64,000 nt of DNA from Trichinella spiralis. Taxonomy: Eukaryota. The notes below the pieces were generated by a model. That model did no database searches. It was given only the letters and a program-made list of their open reading frames with translations, and had not been told where the DNA came from. Below, piece after piece: positions 12,447 through 25,283 of this stretch. A program made the position numbers and the translations under genes. The DNA is taken from the NCBI RefSeq assembly GCF_000181795.1, contig NW_003526943.1, forward strand, positions 9,842,849-9,906,848, read 5' to 3'. Within the stretch, counting starts at the first letter, position 1, and each line of letters starts with the position of its first letter.

Positions 12447-14100
12447 TTGAACTTCCAACGGTCAAGTGGGGTACACAAGGAGTTTTTGCATTTGCGTTGC
12501 TATTTTTGAACAACATGATTTTTATTAATTTACTACATATAAATGATTATAACTGTCAGAAAATCAAATTTGTTCAGGCATCATTTCTACAAACTTCACA
12601 TTCATATAATGGTTTCCTGATTGTATGCTGTCTCCATGGTTTACTTTTCCTCAACGTCCTAGTCAGCGTGAGTTTCTGCTTCAATAAAACTTCCATCAAC
12701 TCCAAATCAGTATAAAAACTGTTTACCGTGATTCCCTGACTAATACCATACAAAGGATTAACTAAATCTTTTATTAAAGCTGGCCTTGCTTCTTCTCAGG
12801 ATGATTATAAATTTTTCCCGCATATCCATGAAAATTGTAAGTATAGCGGTGTTCAACATCAGCCGCTACCCATACCTTTATACCATATTTTCCTGGTTTT
12901 GATTTGATGCGCACTATCAGAGAGCATCTGCCATGAAAGGGGATTAGCTGTTCATCTACAGTTATGTGTGCCCCTGGACTGAAATTTTCGCGACAGTTTT
13001 GCAAAGCATATAAGAAACGTCTTGCAGTAGAGTCAACTTACTGCGCTTTTTCTTTCAGCTCAGGTGGTTTTATCATCGAATCCAATGAGAGACGCAAGCA
13101 ACTTGAAGCGATATTTCGACATAACTGCCGGATATACATCTCTTCTTAAAGCTTCACTGAAACCCCATAATGAGGCTGGACTTTCTGGTCTTCATGGAAA
13201 GTACCAGTGATTAACAGAAGTCCAAAAAATACGTTCATTTCGGCAATGTTGGTGGATATGAATATCCTTTTATTATCAGGATGCCTTTCATTGTATTTAG
13301 AAAAAAATTCTTTTACCTTCTTCGTTTGTCTGCAAAACGATCCGTTTTATGATATCAGATGACAGTTGGGCATGAAACACATCTTCAATGGTCATTGCGG
13401 CTTTGCATTTGCCAGTTGGCCCCGGTTTATCACGTAAAATGTTTTCTGTTGGTCGTCTAGATGGGTTTGGCGGGTGCTCTGACCATGGAATTGTACTGGT
13501 AGAAGGACCTGCACTTTCTTCAACATCAGTGTCGACATTGTTGACTAAATATGCCCTCTTCCTCTACATGGTCTTCATCTGACAAGGATTCAGCCAAATT
13601 TTCGAGCTCATCTATATATTCCTCCATTTCTATATCTTCCAAACAGCTAACTTCCATATTCATGAACCAATTTTGATGCATATAGTACAAACACAAGAGA
13701 AAAAAGTAAGCTAAACTACTATATTACAGTACTAAATATGTGCAAGCATTATAACGTAGAAAATCAGATCCTACACAAACCACTGATGTGATATACAGTT
13801 TGTCAATAAACACAGTTTGGAACAGATACTTCACTAGTGTGACTTGGTTTCCAAATGTTTGTGAAAAGTCCAAATTACAGAAGATTAAGTGACGCACAAA
13901 ATGGACCCAGGACCATTAAAGCACTGCTTTAATTTCTGATCTACTAATTGTACGCACTCTCAAAAAAAATTATATCATGTGGAATTGTATGAAATTCAGC
14001 TATAGAAAAATTTAACATGAAACGAAGTAGTACGGCAGAGATATTAGTGAAAACCAGTGTTGAGTACAAAATGGATCCCATTTGACCTACGAAGGGTTAA
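12447..14100 (-). mobile_element. Decayed piggyBac DNA transposon (PGBD4-like transposase pseudogene)
   Basis: Transposase fragment FSPGAHITVDEQLIPFHGRC...KSKPGKYGIKVWVAAD at 12774-13004, with frameshifts and stops around it. One end reads TTAA-CCCTTCGTAGGTCAAATGGGAT on the minus strand from 14100. A degenerate partner end TTGA-ACTTCCAACGGTCAAGTGGGGT starts at 12447. Subterminal repeat ACAAAATGGA(T)CCC at 13896 and 14066. Confidence 0.88.
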
Positions 14101-14589
14101 TCGATTCACGGTTGCTTTTCACTAAATCAGTTTTACATTATTAACTCCCAACACATATTTTAAAAATTAGCTTAAAGCACTGAACAGTATTATGGAATCT
14201 ATATTTCAGTAGATAAATAATTTTGAAATGCATAAAATGCGCATAAATTTCTGTGATCTATAAAAAAATAAAAGAGTAAATCACGGAAAGTTTACATTTT
14301 ATTTCATCATTGAGTTTTGCTTTTGAAAAGTAGTTTCAACAAAAGCTGAAATAATGTCGCTCATTTTTTACTGGAGACCGTTTCTGAAAAAGCTTTTTCA
14401 TCACTTTCGGCAATTCATACAAGCTTCACCAACTTCAGCTATCAGCACAATAACAGCTTGTATACTGCTATACATCTAACAAAAATGTTGTAACATTTAT
14501 TATATTTATAATGCGCTGAATCCTGAAGCATCTGTTTATTATACTTGAAGCATTCTAAGCGTGGGCTATCTTTTTAGTTTCAAAACATT

Positions 14590-14835
14590 CTTTATAATTT
14601 TGAAACCTGCTCTCATACATCATTTGCATCGTGTAGAGCTAGTTTCAAAAGGATGCATGGATATTTCTTTCATTTAGAGCAAGCTATTTTGCATAAGAGC
14701 AAGTATATCAGACTGAAGAGAGTACCCTACCAACGAATTACGTCAAAAAATAATATTCCAAAAAATTTAGAAATAGGTTTTCATTCATTTGACACTAGTT
14801 TTGCAAATGGAAGGCATTTTAAAATTACGGAATAA
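14590..14835 (+). pseudogene. Mutator/MULE transposase remnant
   Basis: HGYFFHLEQAILHK...RLK resembles the MULE GCxFHxxQAIxRK motif. It is preceded by an NFE..ALI-like (DFExAL) segment broken by a frameshift. Confidence 0.5.
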
Positions 14836-16711
14836 CTTTAAAATGGTAATGCTGCATGCCATATAATGGAATATTGCGTGAAAGCAGTTAATGAAGAATG
14901 TATACTGGCTTCTTACTGATATAAATAATAGTGAAATGATAACGATTGAAGCAGAATCAGTATAGTAGCGATTTTTCATCGTACAATTTCCAAATCTGGC
15001 TTATTTTTTAAGTTAAAGTAATAATTAAAATACAGTTAAAGGTAATAGAAATTTTGAAAATTATAATAAAATTTCCTAAACACAGGAACATCCAAATTAT
15101 TGGTCATATATGAAAGTTTGCAAACATCTCTTAGTAAAAAAGTATAAAGACAAAATAACAGGCACATATAATAGAAAATGAGAGCAAACTAATTCATAAA
15201 ATTTGAAAAATTTGATGTTAAATTATTTTTATGCAAGAAAAATTAATCAACATTTCTCATATTTGTACCTACCAGTTATTTGCATACTGTACCAACATGT
15301 GCTAAAATTGTCTTCATATGATGTTTCAATTTTGTGCATATGTTGCGCAACTGTCGTAAATAATTTAATAAATTACTAACAGGGGTATTACAGATTTGGT
15401 TTGTTTCTATATTGAAGAAATGCTTGCAAATAAATTCTAAATGATTTAATCGGGCTTCTTTGTTAAATAATCCTTTAATATTAACGCTTAATCATCATAC
15501 AGTACATTCATGAGTTTCTATTCTTTTATGCAATTTTTCTGCGTAATAATTAGTTTACATTTTAGCGAGATCAGATTTTCGACCTCTTTAATTTAATTGC
15601 GTTGAACTTTATATACTTTTCTGTAAGTATTTAATGGGTTTCAATACTTGCAACTTTTGATGAATCATGTTTGAATTATAGTGTAGTTTGTATTCTTTAC
15701 AGTTATAGTTATATATATGTATGTAAATTAAAAATTATCACAATGCATATTATTAGTTTTATCAGTTTTTTATACGCACCATGTAAAAAGGATGGGTTTG
15801 ATGTATTGACGTTTCTTTTTTACCATATGTCGCGCAGGATGCAGTAGACTCAGTTAAAAGTATCGATCTTACTCTTAATTATGTTTATCCATTGTTTACT
15901 GAGCATGTTTATTGTTTATTGAAATATTAATTATCAAGTATTTTATCAACAGCTTAGCTTAGCGATTTTATCTGTGCAATTTCGATGTTATGTAAGTATA
16001 GTTTTAACATAAAGAGTACTTAATTTCTGTTTTTTTACAGTTTGCAGTTGTTAAAAGGAGCTGATGTTTAATGAAAATTGATGTTTACACTCTAATCAAA
16101 AGCTTATTGGAACTGTCATAATTTGAAGTATTATTTTTTAGGTAGGTAATTTGAATAACTTTGAGTTGAAGTTTCTATAAAGATTTGAGTAAAACGTTGA
16201 TTAATAATTTAATGCAGCAGTATTTTATTTTACAAAGTGAATGTAATGGCTCAAGTATAATCATTGTTTCATTATTCCATTTATTCATTGTTGTACAGTT
16301 ATGCACACAGGAAAAATCTTTCTAACCTTTCGTCACTTAAACATATTAATTTACATTCTTTTTAGCCCAGAAATATGTTATTTTTTTAATGTTTCAAAAT
16401 GTTAATTGATCTGTTATAAATCATAAAAATAAGTGTAAATGTTAGGATGAAGTGGGAACTATTACTTTTTGCATATTCGGCATTCTCTAACAGAACATTG
16501 ATTTTAATAACAATGCTAGCAAATTTCGTAAGAAAAATATAAGTTTCTTCGATTATGTAAATTATTTTATGGTAACAATTGAATATTGATTTAGAAATAT
16601 GTGTTTACTGTAACAGTTTGTTTCATTTTGTGAATGAATATTTTGTTTGATATTTCAACAACACAAGTTTGATGTTTTATTATTAGAATTTTTTTTGAAT
16701 TGTTTAAAGAA

Positions 16712-18577
16712 ATGACGGATTTGAGCGAAGCAGAATCAGATGCATCCAGCTCTATTGGTGATAAGCCTTTGAGCCCGATAACTCGTGAACAGATGACGAA
16801 ACGAGTGGAATCTTTGAAACAGGAAAATCTCGTACTACGGGTGAATATTAAATGAATTACAGCCAAATATATATATATGTACATACAAATAAATCGCTCA
16901 TTTAGATGGAACTAGATGGGTGTAAATGCCGGATAAAATCATTGTTGGAAGAAAATAAAGCGTTGAAAGAAGTTAGCGTTCAAATAGTAAGTTCGATAAC
17001 TTTTTTTCTGATAAAACAGTGCATCTTATTTATTAAAAAAAATTAAGCACGCTAAAGCGGAACAAGAAGAAGAGTTCATATCAAACACGTTGTTTAAAAA
17101 AATTAAAGCGTTGAAAAAGGAGAAGGAAACTTTGGCTTTAAATTATGAGCAAGAGGAGGAGTGCTTGACTAATGATTTGTCGAGAAAATTATCTCAAGTT
17201 AGACAACGTTGCGGTTAGTTGTTCTTTTTAATGTTTGCTTTCCCGTTTGAATTCAGCTGCGTCAAGAGAAAGCTGAGCTGGCTGCTAATTTACAACAAGA
17301 ACAGGAATCGTTGGTGGCGAAACTGATGCGCAGGTTGAAAAAATTGGAAGCGGAGACTGTAGCCAAGCAGCAGCATTTGGATCAGCTGCGTCGGGAAAAG
17401 GTGGAATTGGAAAATACTCTTGAACATGAACAAGAGTCGCTTGTCAATCGTCTATGGAAAAAGCTTGACAAGCTTGAAGGAGAAAAACGGTAATTGCTTT
17501 TTTGTTTGCTGTTTTTGTATTTGCTTGAATATATATTGCCGTTGTTTCGCAGAATTTTGCAGGAAAAAGTCTCTCAGTCAATGTCAGCACCACAGTCTCC
17601 GATGGATACGAATCGATCCGGTGATAGCAAAGATTCCATATCTGGAAATGATCCGATGGAAATGATGAATGACATCGAACGGTTGCGAACAGAAGTAGCT
17701 ACATTAAAGCAGCAGTTAATTAATTCACAGGCTGAACGTAAATGTTTTTTTTAATGTTGTGTTGAATGAACTTTTCATTCCGTTTTTTTTTGAATTTTGC
17801 TTTTCAAGCGTCGTTGTACTTGTATTTTGTATTATTAAGTTGCACGTAATTTGAACGGATGTTTTCAGATGAAGCGAAGATGTCGCAGTTTGCACGTGAA
17901 GAGCAGGAAATTAAAGGGGAAAACAAGCGTTTACAGTGCAGATTGCAAATGGAAGTGGAGCGTCGTATACAACTTTGCCGACATTTATCTGAGTCTGAGT
18001 CCAGTTTGGAAATGGAAGATGAACGTCATTTCAATGAATTGACAGCAGCCGGGCAGCTTCCGTCGAGGATTGGAACCGCCAGCGTTGCATCACCGTACAA
18101 TACATTGCCTTTGGCACGTTCTCCATCTCCGCTTCCGGGTATTTGTTTATTTTGCTTTTATTATAATTTCAGTTTCTAAAGCAAATATTTTATGCTGTAT
18201 GTATATTATATCATTTGTTGATATTCTATTTTCATTGTAAAAGCTTGTTTCTGCTTTTCAGCTATTTTGCAGGTGAATGTCAATCCGTTGCCGCATCCAA
18301 ACAGTTCATATATTTGTTTGAGTCAACGCTGCACGCACTGCAATTGCATATTGCCGCATGTTTGTCCGCACACGGCTGTTCTTGTTCCAGGTGTTACGAG
18401 TGCTCAAACATCAATTCCACCTGTAAGTGTATGAAAATTTTCATAAAAAGCATGCATTTTTTTAGTTATTATTTGTTTTTCATTTTTCAGACTTCTCCTG
18501 CCAGACCTGGTTCAACTAGTAAAAGCAAAGATAACGATTCTGAAGGAGGCGGCTTTTTACGTCCATCTCTCCCATGA
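16712..18577 (+). CDS. CCDC6: Coiled-coil domain-containing protein 6 (DUF2046 family), about 8 exons
   Basis: Starts [13 protein letters not shown]. Conserved [56 protein letters not shown] and [27 protein letters not shown]. Ends FLRPSLP* at 18577. Confidence 0.93.
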
Positions 18578-19462
18578 CCGCCTGTCAGAAATCGTAATTC
18601 ATATAAGCTGATATTGAAAAACATAGTCTTATAGCCATTTTCACGATGTAGTTTTTTTCTCACCGTATAATTTTTAGTCGTAAATTTTAATTCAGTATAA
18701 AACAATACAACTTGTTCTTATGAATACGTATTGGTTTTATTGGGATGTTGGAAACAGAGTTTAAATTTTTTGGGGAAATAAATTTATGCTATTGTAAAAT
18801 CAGGTGTTTGAAGTTCTTTTACTTTGGAAATATCTTTGCAGTTGCTTATTTTAGAAAATGCACTTCAAATTTTATTACATTTGAAAGATTATATTTTGAT
18901 ATTACTTTTAGTATTTTGAAAATAAACAAGATTTATTTATGTTTTAAATATTCAGCGAATGATTTACATAATGAAATATGTACAAAACAAATATATTGAA
19001 ATCTTGTTGCTATTGTTATTTTAAATTGAAATTATTATTGATGTTATCAGGACTTTTCATATTTCCAGCAGTTTTTAGTTATGATAGCATTTTTAATTGG
19101 ATTTTTGGTTTTTCCGTAATATTTATTAATTTTAATTCATATCGTATTTCTTTAATCATTACGAAGAGCATTTCAGCTGCAATTTACACATTCAAAACTT
19201 GTTATTTACTTTTGATAACTAACATTACAACAAGTACAATTTTTTCTAATATTAAACAGTGGTGGAGAAGTTGTTTGAATTCTGTTCGTAGAAAAGAAAA
19301 ATTTTCTTCATAACAGCAATTCTTATAACAATTTTCTTTATAACAAAAGCCATATATATCCTTGTGAAAAGTATTTCAACGCATTTTTCGTGAATGCAGA
19401 CATTTCACTGAAAAATGTAGTACAGTTTAAAATAATTTAAACTGTAAACGATTTGCTATGCT

Positions 19463-21369
19463 TTATGCTATTTTCACGGGACAGCAAACCCGAAATGGGG
19501 AATCGTTGACTTGCAGGCAAAGTTCACCGATAGAACAACGCCTTGGCGTCCATATTTCATTTTGGAATCCACAATTAATTATTAAACCTGATCGACGATC
19601 TTTTGTCGCCTCTTCAGAATTGCATTTTCGATTAACTATTAAAAAAGAAAAAGATATCAATTTCAAATTATTTTCAACTCTAAAATATGATTATGAATGA
19701 GTGTTTGTGTAAAATTCCATTACCTTCTGTTTCATCTATAAGAGAGATCGGATTTCCATGAATATTTGCAAGACTTTCAGCTGTTTGCTTATGGAATTCA
19801 TTTGCATAATTTTCCACTGGTTGAAGTTCTAAATTATTGGCACGTTCGTGATAAGTAAACGGCACGAAACTTTTGTCACTGCCAAAATTCACTCCCCCAA
19901 CTTCAGCAGTTTCCGCTGTAGCATCACCTTAAAAGCATTTTAAAATTGTTATGTAATATTTTTAAATTTTAATCCAGGTATAAATAAAAATATCTTTTGC
20001 GATATACTACCTGAGTTTGCTTTATCCAAGAAGTTCATATTTTGATCAGAAAGTGCTGGAAACAAGCGCAGTTTTTCTAAAATTTCCATATCCTCTAAAG
20101 CTTCAGGGGGTAGTAAATCTGGGTAACTGCTTAATTCAGAAGATGGATTGTTGTTTGAAACGGATTTTTCAAAATATAATCTATGCTGATGTGCTGAAAC
20201 CCAAAAAATAGAATGATGACTAAAAAGTGTTCATTACACTTACCAAGTTGATTTGAATGGAAACCACAAAATTTCACTTTTAAGAAATGCTCCCTAAAAT
20301 AACATTATAAATTAAAGTATAATATTAAAATTGGACCCAAATTATACATTTTCATGTGTACATACATTTCATTATAGTTTAAATATATGTACATTTTTTT
20401 GTTCATAGTATTAACGTTCAAGGAAAGCGAAAGCCATTTTAAACAGAAAAGGAGGGATTATATAAAATTGCAACATGATTAAAGTATATAATAAAAATTT
20501 AAGTATATACTTAATAACAGTAAAATTTCTTATAAACTGAACATAAAAATTGCAGTTTGGAAATATAAATTAAGATATTTTGTTATGAAAAGTGCAACCA
20601 TTAAATGTATGTTTCGGTATTTATGGCACTGCATTTTTTTGGAGTTTTAAACTTTATCAATTTAAACACACATACTTGTACTGGAAGTCTGTCACCACCA
20701 TTCCATTGTGTTCAACGTCAATATCATCCTGATCTTGTCCAGGTAAGAAATATTCTTTAACATGGCACAAACTGTGATAATTACCTTCAGTTTCACAGCA
20801 CATGAAACCCATTCTACAAAATACTTCACTTGAATATGCCTCATTTTCAAAAACTGCCAAATGCAATCAAAGGAATAACTGAAAATTGCTTTTGTACTAT
20901 CGTATTAGCATATATAAAAATTTTTGCTTACTGGCTTGTTCCACGTCTCATTATGCCGCTTAGATATTCATTATCTCGGCATGTTTGTTGAAAAAGTATT
21001 GGAAATTTGACATTTACTACTTTGGTCCATCTACATTCTTCTTCCTTGAATAAAATTGAAATAAAACTAACCAAAGCCAATGGACATAACTTCTTCTTTT
21101 TTTTATTGAAAACATACAAGTTTTTGATTAGCTTTCATTTTCATTGGAAACAGCTTCAGTATACTGTCACAGTAGACGGTGATCAGAAAATCAGTCCTCT
21201 GACCGCCACGACTTTTGATCATTTGTAATGATGCCTTTTGAATAGCCTGTCCTCTTGGACACGTAATACGGTAAGAATCAAATGGATAACTATGTTTAAC
21301 AGTAACACTTGACAGTGGTTGGATGTTTATAAATAAAAGTAAATTGAAAAGAAAAAATTTCCACTTCAT
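19463..21369 (-). CDS. Secreted Cys-rich protein with dermatopontin-like N-terminal region and C-terminal small Cys module
   Basis: Signal peptide MKWKFFLFNLLLFINIQPLSS. Spliced exons encode ITCPRGQAI...VYC, ECRW...FQQTCRDNEYLSG...GFMCC...SLCHVKEY, VKFC and a last exon C...RRCSIGELC...RVCCP*. The junction near 20850-20930 is ambiguous. Confidence 0.7.
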
Positions 21370-22695
21370 CTTGAAAAATATTAACAAGCTAAAACAGAAG
21401 CCAAATTAGTTATGCAATTTTGAAAAACTGAACTATCAATTTTATATATGATTTGACACCAATTTTTGCATTGCATTTGATGAATCTATGCAAGTAGATG
21501 TTGAATACTTTCTGCGTGCTAGATGTTGACCTAGCTATTTGCTGGTTGTGCAATGTTTAATGCAGGGCATATTTTATTCAAGATTTTGCAAAATTGGAAA
21601 GGAATCGTATTTTTCGTCTTCCATAAACTGCTTTGTTAACAGTAGCGAACATTTTGCACCAAATTTTTGCATAAAATTAAATAGTCAAGGTTAACAAATG
21701 ACCGCTGCTTTGACCTGTTTAATTCAAATGGACGATTAACCTAAACTGACCAGCAGATTGTCATTTTAAAATAGGCTGACCTGAGTAGCGTTTAATCATT
21801 GTTTGAAGTGTACAATAATGGCAGATGGACAGGAAAGCTGTTTTATTGAATTACAAAATTATTATGAATACGTAGAACAAATATTATTTTGACATTCATT
21901 AAGAAAAAGTCTTTTCTTAAAAAAATTATTTTAATAAGAATCTTTGATTATATATGAACTGACAGACAGACTTACTGGTTAATTTTTCAAATCACATTTT
22001 TGCATTTGCAGCTTAGAATTCAGCTGCTAATGTTCACAGTTTAGCACTTATTTACTTAATAATTACAAATTTTCTTGATTTTCTATATTTAAACAGATAT
22101 TAGTGTGATTTATAACAGGAATATTTAACTTTTTGCCTTATTGCTTTAGACATTGCGTTATGAGAGGTTTTATGCTCAATATTTGATTTAGAAACCGCTT
22201 TCAGTAATTACAGAATCGAAATAATAATAATTTAATTTTTTATTTTCAAATAACATTAGAGGTATCATATTTTTTTTAAAACAAACTCCAAAATAAATAA
22301 AAAGTGCGTTGATCAAATGCTCAGAAATCATTAAATTTAAAAATTATCCAACAAGCAAGCTTTCAGGACACTTTTAAGAATTCCATAGAGCTTATCAGTT
22401 TATAAATTTTACTAATCATAATTCGAAAACGGAATGATCTTGTTTGATATGACTATAGAAATATTTTTCAGATATTTAATTGTGTACATTAAACAGCATG
22501 TATGACTAAAAAATATTTGCATCAGCAATTTTAATAATATATATCATAAATAAGCAGCTTCCTGAAATGAAGTGAAAAACATTAACATTAGCAACAACTA
22601 TAAATAGCAAATTTTAAAATTGCAATTTAGATTACTGTAGTTTACTACTTGCATTACCTATAGTAATTAATTTAAACATTTATTTTTTACTAAAA

Positions 22696-24992
22696 ATGAC
22701 TGAACATAATGTCTCATTACAGAGGGCAAAAGGTACATTTATTTCATTTAACGATAAATTTATGATAAATGTGAATGCCGACTTTCAACGTCAGTATTTC
22801 TACATATATCGCAGTCGTCTTGAATATGGACGTACGGCTCTTATTGAGAAGGCGCATAAAACCTATGGTAAGTACTTTTTCCATAAATTTCTTATAATTT
22901 CCAACTTTGGTGTCTATTATTTCTTAATTCAATTTTATTTACATATTGAATTAAATTTACTTGTAAGTCAATTTCAAATATATTTGTATCAGATGAATTA
23001 GTTTTACACTGCAGTTTAAAGTATGAACTGTTTCTTGTATTTAATTTATGAATTGCGTTACAAATCTTCTAATTTGTTAAATCTAAAATTTCTTTGCTAT
23101 TGATCCTTTGAAGCGTTTAAGATATAGTGTTTTTTGTGTAATTAGTTTCAGTAATTTTAATAATAAAATATTATTACGTTATATTTGTACCAAATTTTTC
23201 ATTTTTTGCATAATGTTGTTTTTATAGATTTACAGAGGTACTTTGTTTGTTTAAATATAAATGTCTTTTCTTTAAAAATGTTCCATTAAGTACATTTGTA
23301 ATTAGCTAGTAAACTGAAAATACAATTATGAGTTGGATTATTTTCGTAAATGGTAATTTTCAGGTGAAAGTAAACCAATTCGACGCATTTCGGAATTGGT
23401 CGAACGTGAAGAATGCGTTACCATTGGAACCGTGTGCAAAATTCAAGACCTCAGGCCAAATGTTTTGAAAGAAATTGCCGATGAAGTAAGCCATTGCAAT
23501 TTATCAAGTTGATGGATATTTATTTCTTTTGTTCTCGTGTTAATTTTTTGAAATTATTCCATATTGAAAATGCATATATTCACATCTAAGGGTCATGTAA
23601 TACCCCAGCCAATTGCGCCTTTGAAATGCACCAGCGATACGGACGAAGTGGTACTTGAAGATGAAAATTTGCGTATCAAATTGATTGGATCCGTCGAAAG
23701 TGATCTGTTAGTGACTGGCAAGTATTGATGATGTGGAAATTTGCATTTTTTTCAAAACCGTGCAAATTTGAGGTATTGTGGTGGCCGTGTGCGGCATGGT
23801 GACCAGCGGTGGCAAGTTCCATGTGGATGATATTATATTTTTGCCAGTTTCGGCTCCAACGAAGCCAGTCGCTGATCCGGGATCCACAAGCCAGGTCGAC
23901 AGTCGGTACGTGCTTCTGGTCAGCGGTCTTGGATTCGACGCCCGCGAAGGTGCCGGCGGTATGGGCCAGTTGAGGGCCCACATTTTGCTGCAGTGGTTGC
24001 TTGGCCAGTGCGGTGAGCAACGGGAACAGAGTAAAGTTAGCCAAATTTGTCGTCTCATCATAGCCGGCAATTCGATTCAAGCGAAACAGCGAAATTCAGC
24101 GCACACGTTTGGACAAGTCGCGAAATATTTGTCCAAAAAAATATCCAATCCGGGTGTTGAAGCGGCACTGAATTTCGATGCATTTTTGGATAAATTAGTT
24201 GTGAGTGGGCATTTTTTTCTTTATTAATATTTCATTGCTTATGTATTTATTTGTTTTTTGTTTATATTTTCAAGCGTTTTATTTCGGTTGACGTTATGCC
24301 AGGAGATATGGATCCTGCAAATCATTTGCTTCCACAGCAGCCGTTGCACAAATGTTTGTTTCCCAGAAGCGGGAAAATTGACACTCTGAATCGAGCAACC
24401 AATCCATACTGGGCATCTATAGATGGAGTGGAGTAAGTTTCATTTTTGTGCATCTGTTATATTTTAAAAATCTTTGCATTTTCATACAATTAGATTTCTT
24501 GGAACATCCGGTCAGAACGTGGATGACATATATCGCTTCAGCTCTTGTGAAGACCGTCTAACAATCATGAAGAATACGCTGACTTGGGGTCATCTCTGCC
24601 CCACTTGTCCAGATACAATTGGTTATTAATAATATAATTGGAATTGAAATCAACCGATGTACAACTTTTTCCCTCCCATTACAGGCTGCTATCCATACAA
24701 GGACCAGGATCCGTTCATTTTGGACCGTCTGCCGCATGTTTACTTCGCTGGCAATCAGCCGACGTTTGGCGTCGGTCAATTCCACTGCGACGATGGTCAG
24801 CACGTTGTGCGTGTGGTCTCATTGCCAGCGTTTTGTGACACCGGGTGCGCAGCGTTGGTCGATTTGGTCACTCTGGCTGTGGAACCGATCGTCTTTGAAG
24901 TCTCTCTGGATTCAGATTTGACAGCCGGTGTGGACAGGATGAACGTCTTTTTGGAACGTATCTGTTTCGATGTCAACAATTCAAATGAATGA
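22696..24992 (+). CDS. POLD2: DNA polymerase delta subunit 2 (p50)
   Basis: [80 protein letters not shown] and [17 protein letters not shown] across about 7 GT-AG exons. Confidence 0.95.
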
Positions 24993-25230
24993 TTCAATGT
25001 TCAGTTTTCTTCCTACGGTACAATTTTAAAATGAACAAGTAAAAATATAGATGTATAAGAAAGATCACTCAAATATATTATATTTATATTAAATTATTTT
25101 ATTCAATTTTTGATTTGAATCTTGTAATATTTGGGATAAATTTTTATCATCTTCAGTATCTTTCTTCAGTTGGGAATGAATTGTGTTTGTGTGAAAGTTT
25201 TTTAATTGATAAATATAACAATGTTATGAT

Positions 25231-25256
25231 GATAATAATAATAATAATAATAATAA
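25231..25256. repeat. (TAA)n microsatellite between the convergent POLD2 and tetraspanin 3' ends
   Basis: About 8 tandem TAA units. Confidence 0.8.
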
Positions 25257-25283
25257 GGCATTCAACAATTTTGTAAGCAATGA

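Noticed and set aside
18745..19313. Hydrophobic short ORFs in AT-rich intergenic DNA (also 10347-10547, 54928-55212)
   Set aside because: Their F/I/L/K/N-biased composition is expected from random AT-rich sequence, and they have no splice or motif support.
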